The notes beneath the pieces are model-generated. The model did not search any database. It was not told where the DNA came from and worked only from the letters and a program-made list of their open reading frames with translations. From the NCBI GenBank assembly GCA_043718025.1, contig JAYSWN010000144.1, positions 1 to 57,007 on the forward strand: a stretch of DNA of 57,007 nucleotides, read 5' to 3'. The DNA is from Pseudomonadota bacterium. Lineage in GTDB: Bacteria; Bdellovibrionota; FAC87; UBA2466. Within the stretch, counting starts at the first letter, position 1, and every line of letters begins with the position of its first letter. Positions 36,946 through 46,671 of the stretch are shown here, piece after piece. Made by a program: the position numbers and the translations under genes.

Positions 36946-37932
36946 CTAAGGGTTTGGCTGAGCGCGCATCCAACTTTGGAACAGAGTCTCTAAGTCCAAC
37001 TCGCCCGTCTGCGTGGTTGAGGCTTTGATATGGAGAGCTGCCTCTGCCAAGCCTAAGGGACGAAGGGCGAGCATGAGTGCGGCCACCGCCGCCACTTTTG
37101 GGGCGGCCACCGACGTAGATTTCAAGGTGACCACCACCGGCTCCCCCCCTTGGGAGAGGCGCCACTGACGGCACTCAGAAACGACGCTAACGTCAACGAG
37201 TGGCCCTGAATTGGAACGTTCGTAATCGCTAGCTCCCACCTTGATTAAGTTGGGGGCGGTCAGACAGCTGGGGGTGTAGGGGCACTCTTTTCCCAGCTCG
37301 AGCGTGCGTTTGTCGTTGCCGGCCGCATTAATGACGAGCAGCTTATCTTGGTACTTCTTCAGGAGTGCTTGCATCCGTTTTTTTGGCCAGCGGCTCTCAA
37401 TATCTGAAACGCTCATGACAATGATTCGGGCCTGCCTTTTGGCGGCAAAATAAAAGGCGTCCTCTAAGCGCGAAAAGGGAATCTGCCTTTTTATAAATTC
37501 ATCTCGGCTGCCCAGTCTAATCGGTAGCACCGGCGCCTCGGGCAAGAGCCCCACGATGCCAAATCCATTCGCTTTGGCCGAAAGCTCAAGAGTGATTCCG
37601 GTTCCATGATAGAGGTCATCCCAAAGTCCTGACGTCGCGGCATCCGCCGCAAATGAAGCTTGCTGAGCAATCTCCCATGGCACGGAGACTCCCTCTTTTT
37701 CGGCAAGAACTTGGTCCAGTCCACTGTCTAGGATGGCGATGAGGGGGAACTCTTTTGGATGCGGTAACCCGCCGCTCATTTTGAGAAATTTTTCTCGAAA
37801 GGGGCAGGGGCAGGATGCGGCTTGATCTTGGAAGTCCGTTTGGGTCCGGCTCTTTCGAACCCAAAGCATCGCCCCATAGATACCAGCGGCAATCGAAAGA
37901 GGGATGACAGACCACCAGGCAAGCCGACGCAT
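36946..37932 (-). CDS. Compact S8 family serine peptidase
   Basis: AILDSG, HGTG, AAGND, STSVAAPKVA; N-terminal TM. Confidence 0.85.
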   Translation of the reverse strand: MRRLAWWSVIPLSIAAGIYGAMLWVRKSRTQTDFQDQAASCPCPFREKFLKMSGGLPHPKEFPLIAILDSGLDQVLAEKEGVSVPWEIAQQASFAADAATSGLWDDLYHGTGITLELSAKANGFGIVGLLPEAPVLPIRLGSRDEFIKRQIPFSRLEDAFYFAAKRQARIIVMSVSDIESRWPKKRMQALLKKYQDKLLVINAAGNDKRTLELGKECPYTPSCLTAPNLIKVGASDYERSNSGPLVDVSVVSECRQWRLSQGGEPVVVTLKSTSVAAPKVAAVAALMLALRPLGLAEAALHIKASTTQTGELDLETLFQSWMRAQPNP

Positions 37933-38123
37933 GATTCACTTTAATAGCAGATACGGCCTTGTCACTTCTGTCTTTAACTCAAGTTTAATTGCTAGCCGGA
38001 AGTAAGAGGGTACCGTTTTAGTGTCTATTCTTGCGCCCTATTTCGGATTTCGAAATTCTGCTAAATAATTCGCCAAAAATGGTATCTGTTACTAGGTCAA
38101 CTAACGAAGGATAGAGGGAAAAC

Positions 38124-38750
38124 ATGAAACGAAATTATCTGACGGTTTGTTTGGTCGCTCTCGGTATGGTGGCGATGCGGCCATTGATTGCGGACGAGTC
38201 CGCTTCCCTTGACGACTATAGCAAGGTGGTAAGTGGCTGGGGCAAAAATCCCGCCGCTTACGAAATGGTGGACACGGTGATTGGCAAGTGGCTCCGCGGG
38301 CGCTGTATTGAAACCGATCGGCTTGAGAAGAAGCGGTTTTCTAAAACAGGTGCTTTGTTATTTATCGAATCCCAACCGGTGGATCCGGTTTTGGGAAAGA
38401 CGTATAAGGCAAATCTAAAAACGGTAGATTTCGATTCGGTTTTCACCGTCGACATCGCCACGGTGAAAGACGGTATTTGGTTCAATGCCATTAGGCCTCG
38501 CGTGGATCACTCTCTCCTGCACGATGAAACGACAGCGAAGGCTTCTGCCGGCGCGCACGGGGGGAGTATTATTTACACAACCCGGACCCGGAACTCTCTC
38601 GAATTCCGGGGAGGAGCGGACGATAAAATTTCGCTATGGGTTCGCTATGTAACGGAGGCACGGTATTTCGAATCGAGTTACCCGTACCGATTCGAAATTG
38701 ATAAGGGTCCGTTGTTTAGCCAAGAATCCTATTGTTATTTTTGGAAGTAG
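38124..38750 (+). CDS. Secreted hypothetical protein
   Basis: SD GAGGG, signal peptide, C-terminal YCYFWK. Confidence 0.75.
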   Translation: MKRNYLTVCLVALGMVAMRPLIADESASLDDYSKVVSGWGKNPAAYEMVDTVIGKWLRGRCIETDRLEKKRFSKTGALLFIESQPVDPVLGKTYKANLKTVDFDSVFTVDIATVKDGIWFNAIRPRVDHSLLHDETTAKASAGAHGGSIIYTTRTRNSLEFRGGADDKISLWVRYVTEARYFESSYPYRFEIDKGPLFSQESYCYFWK

Positions 38751-38926
38751 AGCACCTAATTTGTGAAATTAAAAATCGCCGCCAACCGATTGGTCTCACC
38801 TGCCATCGCACTGACCACCAGCGTGTTTTTGCAGGCCATAGCCAATCCCTATGACACTGATTACAGGTATTGATTTTTCTTAATTCGAAGGCGCCCGTAG
38901 GCTCTTATTAAAACAAGGAGTCACTT

Positions 38927-39415
38927 ATGAAAAATAAAATAATCACTTTTGCGATCGGGGCTTTGGCGACGGTTTTTTCGACGGCAAGTGTGGCCGCTCA
39001 GGAAGATTCTTTTTATGTGAATTTGAATTGCAGTGCCAAGGCCAAGCCCAAGCAGCCTTGCGGTGGAACCAACTCACGGTCGCTGAAGCTATTTCTATCG
39101 GTTTCGGACACGGAACGTGCCGCGGGCTACCGCGAAGAGGTCTCCTACGGTGGTTGCTATCCCACTTCGAGCGATAATTTCGGCACGATTGAGAACGTGA
39201 GCAAGGAGGGTGATGACGTCTTTTTTGAATTTCAATCCAGGGGCGAGTTGCGGAACGGCGGAATTCCTGTGGTTTCTAAATTCAACAGTGGATATGAGCC
39301 TAAGCCGATGCCCGCTCATCTTAACCTGAAGACCCTGACTTTAACGGTAGATACCAAAGACGTGATGTGGACCTACGCCAAACCCGACGTCTTGAAATGC
39401 CAGCCCGTCCATTAA
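38927..39415 (+). CDS. Secreted hypothetical protein with four Cys
   Basis: SD AAGGAG, signal peptide ending VAA. Confidence 0.78.
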   Translation: MKNKIITFAIGALATVFSTASVAAQEDSFYVNLNCSAKAKPKQPCGGTNSRSLKLFLSVSDTERAAGYREEVSYGGCYPTSSDNFGTIENVSKEGDDVFFEFQSRGELRNGGIPVVSKFNSGYEPKPMPAHLNLKTLTLTVDTKDVMWTYAKPDVLKCQPVH

Positions 39416-39554
39416 GGGCCAGGAAACGAGGCAGCCCATCAGACACTTCCTACTGAGAAAAGGGGCTTTATTTTACTTAGTTATAAAGATTTAACGGTCC
39501 CATCATAGAGAGGCCCGTCAGCTTGGGGCTCATCAATTGCACTATTCGGGCGCG

Positions 39555-40391
39555 ATGAGCGTGGGCCAACCTGTATTCTGGCGGTTTTTGTGCATTTACT
39601 GGATAGGCATGGGCGCAATTGCGTCGGCCAACAGCTACGTGCTGTTCCGCGCTCCGGGGCAGCCCGCGCCTAACTACGACGCGATCGTGGCCCGGCTTAA
39701 GGCGGACGATGAAGTCGTCTTTAGTAACGGCGATCGGTTTATCCTAAAAAAAAAGCTGGGGAGTGGAAAAGCCACGGTGGTTTTTGAAACGACCGACGGT
39801 AAAGCATTACGAATCCCAAAGGTCGCGGGCCCCGTCTGGGTGAAGATAACTAAGGATGTCATTCTTTCAGCCGCCACGGGCCCTGAGTTTATGGACTCCT
39901 TCATTAAGGGGTACGAGAAAATTCACCGGCTCGGCATCCCCGTTCCCGAACTTCACCGGAGCCTGCCGGCAGAGTATGCGCTGATGGAAAAGGTTGAGGT
40001 TCGCTTCGACTTCACCGACTTCGCGTTGGGTCGGCATGGATTAAATGCCGCGGATCGTGCGCTGGTTTTCGAGGCGCTTGTGGAGTTCGCGCGGAAAACC
40101 TGGCGAGTGAACACGGTGGGGGATCTCGCCGGACGCCAAGTCCTTTACACCCACCGCGGGTGGTTGCTCGTCGACCACAACTCTTCAGTTCAATTGGCGG
40201 CCACCGTGAGCAGCTCTACTTTCTTCAAGCGTCACTGGTACAGCCTGACGGGAAATCTTTTCTTATGGAGCGTTGAGGAACGCCGCCGCCTAAGGGAGGC
40301 GATTGAGGGGGAGAGGAGAGCCCACGGGTTGCCGGATCGGCGTTTGACCTGCCGGGAGTTTTTTAGCGGCCTTTTGGAGGGTGGTTCCTAA
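39555..40391 (+). CDS. Secreted protein with protein-kinase-like fold
   Basis: Signal peptide ending ASA; KKLGSGKATVVF Gly loop, ALRIP, GDLAGRQVLY, LLVDH. Confidence 0.65.
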   Translation: MSVGQPVFWRFLCIYWIGMGAIASANSYVLFRAPGQPAPNYDAIVARLKADDEVVFSNGDRFILKKKLGSGKATVVFETTDGKALRIPKVAGPVWVKITKDVILSAATGPEFMDSFIKGYEKIHRLGIPVPELHRSLPAEYALMEKVEVRFDFTDFALGRHGLNAADRALVFEALVEFARKTWRVNTVGDLAGRQVLYTHRGWLLVDHNSSVQLAATVSSSTFFKRHWYSLTGNLFLWSVEERRRLREAIEGERRAHGLPDRRLTCREFFSGLLEGGS

Positions 40392-40530
40392 CCACTGTAT
40401 AACGGGGGAATGCGCGCGTACGTCGCCCGGTTACTCCTCTCCTTAGGCCTAACCGCATTGGGCATTTCTCAATTACCCGTTTGCGATTTTGCCGGGCTTA
40501 TCATGACCAAGCCACCCATGCGCGGTTCGG

Positions 40531-43500
40531 CTAGAAGTTAAAATCATCTTCCTTGACTCCCTCGCCCATCACATTTCGAGTATTGCCTCGTCCGTCTAAT
40601 TCGCGTTTGGTGTAGTCAGCGAACCCTCGATCCTGCTCCGAAAGTTTCTCCAGAACGGAGGAAAGGTCGGATCCCTTCAAAAGGCCGGAATAATTTTCGC
40701 CGACGACATCGTGGGTGGTACGAACGCTGCGGTCGCGCGTTTCGGCACGCAAGTGATTGTAGATCGCGCCCAGTTTCGTTTTTCGCCAGTAAAAGGGGTA
40801 CCAACTAGATTTTTCGTCGATAGGCTTCATGGCGGCTTTGTAATCCGCCGACCAGAGCGCTCCATATTTGGCGTCGGAGAAGCTGTTAGCCGAAAACAAA
40901 TGGTTTTGTGTCTGCAATCGGTAGCTATTTGCGTGCCAGGCCAAAGCAATTCCGTGGGTGATCGGCAAATTACCGTAGACCCAACTTCGTGAGGTGTAGT
41001 TAAAATGTTTGAGCAGGTGCATGCGTGCGAGCAAACGGTGAATCTCCTCGGAAGCTGGCGAGTCGGCGGTTAGCGGCGAACTGAATTTAAATTCTGACAA
41101 CGTCTTGTGCAATGGCAGACGGGTACCGACGCTATCGCGTAGCCAATGAGTAGTTTGCGCCGCGGCTTCAATCTCATGCGAGAGATCATAGACTAGACTG
41201 TTGTTAATCGCCTTGAGAGCGAGGAGATCGATCTCCTGCGAACTCTCTTTTGCTCCACCCGCCTTATTGAGACGAATGAGCAATTGATTGAGGGCTTCAA
41301 GCCGGGTCTTAAAATGCAAACCGTGCACTAGCGTAGCCACAATCTTGTCTGAATCGGTGCGAGATGCGACTACCAACGGGCTGTCCGCCACTGCCGGCAG
41401 CGTGCGAATTTCAATCGTGCCCAATTCGAAGAGGCCCGAGGTGAACCGACCTTTCTCTTGCAAAGTCTTGATGCCAGGTTGCACACTAATTGCGAATTGC
41501 CGAGCTGGATCGTGTTGCTTAAGAAAAGCTTCCACTTCATGCGCCTGGCTTAGCAACTCGCTGTTTGACGGCGTGTTAAAATAGTATTTTGCGGTGGGCG
41601 TGATCCTATAGGTCGTGGGGTTGGCTAAATAACGTAGCTTAAGACTGTCTTTAATTTGGCTCGCCTTAGCACTACCAAATGCTCTGGCTTCACTGGCGCC
41701 AAAGTCTTTCGTAAATTCCACCGTGTTGGTGAAAGATTTTTGTTTCTTTTTACCCCCGACCAAGAGGGCGTCGAGCGAAGTCTTGGCCGAATCGGGCATG
41801 CCGTAGAAAAGAAAGTTCGTTTCATACTTTTCCATCAATTCGGCGACTTGTTCATACGACAGATAGCGGAGTGAATTCACCTTTTCCGTGGAGCTCCAAT
41901 TGGTAAATTCGCCGCCGAATACCACTGCCGTTCGACCGCGCAATTCCTTAACTAGATCGAACTTCGGGGCTGTCTTTTCGTTCTCAAAGTACTTGGCGTA
42001 TATATCGAAATTTGCATAGAGAGAAATGTCCCAGACTGCGGTCTCTAATCCGAGTGTGCGACAGACGGCGCGCCACTGATCTACTTCGGATTGTGACACC
42101 TGGTTGTTGGTAATCAGTACTACCGCCGTATTGCTACTAGGCTCAAAGGGCTCGGCAATGCGCACGGAGTGCTTAAGTCGCTGAATCGGCCGCACCCCTT
42201 CGTGCACGGTTTCAAACAATAGGTCGGCAACAACGTTAATCTGTGCGTCTCCTGCATAATCTTTATCAATTCTGACGGAGAAGGGAAGGTCGGTGGTCTC
42301 CCGAGCTTTGAGCATGGATATATGGGCTCTATTCGCGGAGTCCTGTCGTTCGCCCGCCCCGGTAAAATTGAATTCGACCCCGGCCGGTGGCGCGTCCGAG
42401 GAGCTAACGGATTGATCAATGCCAAGATCGACCTCTATCTGGCGACCAATTTCCGCCAGTGAACCAATGGCACGATCGGATAGATTTCGAATTCGAATGA
42501 AACCAAAGGTGCGGTCACCGCGCTTTAAAGACGGGGCGGCGTGAATAGTTTCCAGTTCAATGGGGTAGCGGACGATAAAGCTGCGCGCGGTATCGAACTT
42601 GGAAAAGGGCTGATCTACTGTGGTTACCCGCGCCATAAACAGGAGGTTGGCATTCTGTTTTAGCGACTCTGCGGTAATCGGCTGGAGGGCAAAATCATCA
42701 ATGACAAAGCCGAAGACCCGTCCGGCAAAAGTGTAAGTGGTGTCGGGCTCAATCACGGTGGGAATTTGCAGAAATCCCTCCGGGTTGACCAAATTATCCT
42801 CGGCAAACCAATGGGCCGATTGCGGTTGAATGCGCAGGTACGATCGACCCGGGGGAGGGGTAGGCATTCGGCCGGTGTTTTTTACCACTAAATCACGCAC
42901 CCATATCGTCTCGCCGGGCATGAAATTGCCATTGGGAAACTGCTCTTCAATGGTGAAATCGACGAGCTCTAGATCAAAGATTTCGTTGAAGGTGCGCACC
43001 GAACCGTCTTCGAAAGTGAGCTCGTATTCAATTGAGCCATCGCGCCCGCTAGTTGCATCGGCACCCTTGTCGCCGAATTGCCCGGAGGATCCGGACGTAC
43101 CCTGATGTCCTCCTGCGGATCTTTCAAGAGTGATCGTGGCGTGTCCCTCGCTATCGGTGCCCATAGTGGGCTTCAGGGTTCCCGATCCACCTTTACCGCC
43201 GGTGCCCGGTTGGCCACCCAATCCACCGGGCCCGCCTTGCCCAGGCCGCCCGGCCGCAAATTGGACACGAAGATTCTTCAGCGAATAACTGTCTTGTTGG
43301 CTTACGTGGATGCGGATCTTTCCTCCGTCACCGGGCGCTCCGCCGATACCCCCTTTACCACCTTGGCCACCGTCGCCCCCTTTATCGCCATTACTGTCCC
43401 CGCTGCCGTCTTTACCCTTTGCCCCGGGGCCCCCGACTCCGCCTTGCCCGCCCGCTCCGCCGTCGCCGCCCCTCGTATCGATAGTCACGGGGCGATCGCT

Positions 43501-43839
43501 TTTTAAGTACACGGGAACCGCTTTTGGGGATCGGTTGCGGTCCTCGTTTGGCTGAATGGTTCCAGAAATTTCCAGTATGGAATGATTGGTGGAATTCACT
43601 TGGATATTTAGTTCGGTGTTCTGGCCGGCAGCTCCCTTGTTACCGGCGCCACCTTGCTGCCCCTTCCCCCCGTTTGCGCCTGCGTTCCTCCCGGGCACTC
43701 CGGCTTGGGCTTGGCCAACTGGGGAACCCGATTTTCCCGCGGCGTCGATCTTTTCCTGGGCGGCAGCGTACGGCGTAGTGCAAAAATGGATGGTGAATAG
43801 GATTGCGGCCCGTGTACTTTTGTTACTGCAAAATCCCAT
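40531..43839 (-). CDS. Large secreted protein with Gly-x-y (collagen-like) N-terminal repeats
   Basis: Signal peptide, three G-x-x tracts, then PGETIWV..VKNTGRMPTP and VLITNN..W..LGL..VWDIS domains. Confidence 0.8.
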   Translation of the reverse strand: MGFCSNKSTRAAILFTIHFCTTPYAAAQEKIDAAGKSGSPVGQAQAGVPGRNAGANGGKGQQGGAGNKGAAGQNTELNIQVNSTNHSILEISGTIQPNEDRNRSPKAVPVYLKSDRPVTIDTRGGDGGAGGQGGVGGPGAKGKDGSGDSNGDKGGDGGQGGKGGIGGAPGDGGKIRIHVSQQDSYSLKNLRVQFAAGRPGQGGPGGLGGQPGTGGKGGSGTLKPTMGTDSEGHATITLERSAGGHQGTSGSSGQFGDKGADATSGRDGSIEYELTFEDGSVRTFNEIFDLELVDFTIEEQFPNGNFMPGETIWVRDLVVKNTGRMPTPPPGRSYLRIQPQSAHWFAEDNLVNPEGFLQIPTVIEPDTTYTFAGRVFGFVIDDFALQPITAESLKQNANLLFMARVTTVDQPFSKFDTARSFIVRYPIELETIHAAPSLKRGDRTFGFIRIRNLSDRAIGSLAEIGRQIEVDLGIDQSVSSSDAPPAGVEFNFTGAGERQDSANRAHISMLKARETTDLPFSVRIDKDYAGDAQINVVADLLFETVHEGVRPIQRLKHSVRIAEPFEPSSNTAVVLITNNQVSQSEVDQWRAVCRTLGLETAVWDISLYANFDIYAKYFENEKTAPKFDLVKELRGRTAVVFGGEFTNWSSTEKVNSLRYLSYEQVAELMEKYETNFLFYGMPDSAKTSLDALLVGGKKKQKSFTNTVEFTKDFGASEARAFGSAKASQIKDSLKLRYLANPTTYRITPTAKYYFNTPSNSELLSQAHEVEAFLKQHDPARQFAISVQPGIKTLQEKGRFTSGLFELGTIEIRTLPAVADSPLVVASRTDSDKIVATLVHGLHFKTRLEALNQLLIRLNKAGGAKESSQEIDLLALKAINNSLVYDLSHEIEAAAQTTHWLRDSVGTRLPLHKTLSEFKFSSPLTADSPASEEIHRLLARMHLLKHFNYTSRSWVYGNLPITHGIALAWHANSYRLQTQNHLFSANSFSDAKYGALWSADYKAAMKPIDEKSSWYPFYWRKTKLGAIYNHLRAETRDRSVRTTHDVVGENYSGLLKGSDLSSVLEKLSEQDRGFADYTKRELDGRGNTRNVMGEGVKEDDFNF

Positions 43840-44172
43840 AGTTAATTCCCCTGCCGCCTGGCCAATAAGTGCATTTTTAGATTTTTTTATAGAATGGAAG
43901 TTTTCTTAGGATGCGTTGCGTCATTTAGCAGATTCATCAGCTTTTATCAATGGACGGGCGGGCGTTCTCATCCCCAATTGGATGCTCAGAATGGGGTAAT
44001 CTGGACTCGAAATTACCCCATTAAATGGGTGTATTGCTTGCACATTTTAATGTGCAATTAGTGCTATATTTGTACATTCAAGCGTGTATATTGCTTAGCC
44101 GATAGGGAGTTGTTAATGTCTTAAATGTACATTAAAAAGCTCAAAAATGATCTCGATTGTACGTTTTGATGT

Positions 44173-44541
44173 ATGAAAAATAAGAACAAACCAAAGAAAA
44201 CTATCGGCTGGGAAGCGCTTCTTACTGCAGAGGCGGAGACCGAACTTCGACGAGTCGGCATACTTTTGTCAGAAGCTCGCATCAGGCGCGGGATGTCTAT
44301 TAGCGAGATGGCAACACGAATGGGAATAGATCGGAGGACTTTGTCTCAACTAGAAAAAGGCAGTCCGGGAGTATCCGTTGGAGTCTTCTTTCAATCCCTG
44401 AGCGTTCTCAATTTATTGCGGGGAATACAGGAAATAGTTAGGCCGGAAAATGACATCGAAACAATTTCTAACGTCGTTCGAAGGGCGCGAAAAGGTCTGG
44501 GCCCACTTAAAACGATCAGTAACAAGAAGGTAGAATTCTAA
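44173..44541 (+). CDS. XRE HTH antitoxin (HipB-like)
   Basis: ARIRRGMS..EMA.RMGI.RRTL..LEKG.PGV; translationally coupled to hipA. Confidence 0.88.
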   Translation: MKNKNKPKKTIGWEALLTAEAETELRRVGILLSEARIRRGMSISEMATRMGIDRRTLSQLEKGSPGVSVGVFFQSLSVLNLLRGIQEIVRPENDIETISNVVRRARKGLGPLKTISNKKVEF

Positions 44542-45761
44542 TGCTCAGTGAGCTTTACGTTTATATCTATCTCGACGGAGAAGGTTGGATACCCAGCGGT
44601 CTCCTAGAGTATGAAGAACGTGGACGTCTCTCACAAAGCAGGTTTCGGTATGGCAAGAAATATCTGGGGCGAGCAAACGCAATTGCGTTGGATCCTGTTC
44701 AACTTTCTTTAGTCGATCGAACTCATCAGACCTCAGATGGCTTTTCACTCTTCAATGGAATTCGAGATGCAGGACCCGACCTTTGGGGTCGCTATCTACT
44801 TGATAAGAAATTCGGCCGGGAACTAAGCGAAATTGAGTATGTGGCTGCCACCGGCTTGAATAGGGCGGGCGCGCTTGCATTCGGCACTGATCCAACCAGT
44901 GGCCCGAGGCTCTACACTCCAAGAGGTTTTGAGCCATTGCACGAGAAGACCCTGGACCTCGCTTTTTGCGCTGGAGCGGTCGAAGACGTGGAAAAGTCGG
45001 TGGATAGCCAACGACTCAAAGAGTATTTGGAATACGGTCCTTCCCTCGGAGGAGCGAGACCAAAGGCCGACGTCTATTGGAACGGGAAATTAAATATCGC
45101 GAAGTTCTCGCTTTCGCGGGACGAGCGTAATGAGCCCTTGATTGAGTATGCCGCTATGACCCTTGCCGCAAAGTGTGGTCTTAATGTCCCCAAAGTCGAC
45201 AAGACGGAAGCGCTTGGCAGGTCCGTTTACCTGATTGAGCGATTCGATCGAAAAAAGAAAGATTTACCTATCCCCTTCATCTCTGGGCTGACGATAACGG
45301 GCGCTCATGAAAGTGATCACTCTGTTTGGAGTTACCACCTATTAGTCGATGCCATTAACAAATACTCAACTAAGACTGACCAAGACCTCAGAGAACTTTT
45401 CAAGCGAATGCTCTACAACATTCTTATCTACAATAATGATGATCATCCAAGAAACGTAGGTTTCCTACATGCAGGCGGTTCTCATTGGGATCTGTCTCCG
45501 CTCTACGACGTCGTACCTAGGACAATTCATACTCGGACATACTCTTTGGCAATGATTGTTGGAGTCGACGGAAAAAAGGCATCAATATCAAACGCGCTAT
45601 CACAGTCCGCTCGGTTTCGTTTGTCGGAGGACGAGGCAAAGGGAATTATCACTCAAATGGAAGGTAAAGTTGCTGAGTGGCGTGAGCACTTCAAAAAATG
45701 TGGGGTGAGCGAAGTGAACATCGCAGCCTTGGAAAATAGTTTTGCTGGGAAACCCTCTTAG
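44541..45761 (+). CDS. hipA: HipA-family kinase toxin
   Basis: PDLWGR, SLGGARPKA, IERFDR, NNDDHPRN, LSPLYDV. Confidence 0.93.
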   Translation: MLSELYVYIYLDGEGWIPSGLLEYEERGRLSQSRFRYGKKYLGRANAIALDPVQLSLVDRTHQTSDGFSLFNGIRDAGPDLWGRYLLDKKFGRELSEIEYVAATGLNRAGALAFGTDPTSGPRLYTPRGFEPLHEKTLDLAFCAGAVEDVEKSVDSQRLKEYLEYGPSLGGARPKADVYWNGKLNIAKFSLSRDERNEPLIEYAAMTLAAKCGLNVPKVDKTEALGRSVYLIERFDRKKKDLPIPFISGLTITGAHESDHSVWSYHLLVDAINKYSTKTDQDLRELFKRMLYNILIYNNDDHPRNVGFLHAGGSHWDLSPLYDVVPRTIHTRTYSLAMIVGVDGKKASISNALSQSARFRLSEDEAKGIITQMEGKVAEWREHFKKCGVSEVNIAALENSFAGKPS

Positions 45762-46333
45762 CGGACAATCGGCCGCTCTCCCCGAATGCATCGGAGCGAG
45801 AGCCTGTACCTCGTCCACGAGGGTCCCTTCAGCTTGAAGCTAGATTACTGTGCGCTGGGTTTAGAGAACCGGCGCACCGGTTCTAAATTCGTACTTGATA
45901 GCTGGCCGCTGTGGTAAGGGAGAAGACCATGAAGAGGATTCCGACGAAGTGCATAACGTTGGGGAGCGATTATCTATCCGTAGCTCTAACCGTGCCTCGA
46001 AGAGTAATCAATCCGTGACCTGGAAGGCGAACCAACGTCTTTTGATAACCGTTAAAACCGGCAGGTCGCGGGACAGAGTTACTGGTTCAATTTTGTAGAA
46101 AAAGGCGCCTTAGTGGGAATGGCAAGGTGTGGGGAGCGTGGCGTTTTTCCTTGGCCTTTCACTTAAGGGAGGGCTCTAGCTTTTCATCCTGTTGCTGCCT
46201 AGTGGAACGGTACCGTGGAGGCGCAACTTACTTTGCCACGACCCCTTTCACTGGGTTCCCCTTACTTGTCTTAAACTCATCGCCCGAGGTTCTTTTTTAC
46301 GCGAGACTTCGAGTCGGCTGGGTTGTTTCCTAA

Positions 46334-46525
46334 GAGAGTGTCTCAAAAGTGGTATTTCGCCGTCATTGCGTCTATGGAAGGCGCACGCAGTGCGGCTGAA
46401 GCAACCCATTCACTATGAGTGAAGAGGGACGTCGACAAAACCAAGCAGGCCAAAGGTTGCCGCGCCTGCTACGCAGGCGCGCAATGACAGGAACGAGGCT
46501 CTGCATAAGGTTTTGAGACACTCTC
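46334..46525. mobile_element. 192-bp MITE with 15-bp TIRs and TAA target duplication
   Basis: TAA-GAGAGTGTCTCAAAA ... TTTTGAGACACTCTC-TAA; no transposase. Confidence 0.8.
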
Positions 46526-46671
46526 TAAGGAAATTTCCTGGCGTTGAAATGGCTCTGATTTTTTCCGGAAAGAAAAAATTTAAAAAAAACTCCGAAAACG
46601 GGTGGAACGCTTTTGATTTAGTTCGATTGCTAAGCCCACCTATATAGCACTAGCCCTGAAGTGACCATTTT

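Noticed and set aside
45762..46325. Short ORFs or ncRNA downstream of hipA
   Set aside because: Only short ORFs without motifs and small hairpins; probably decayed sequence, and no call can be supported
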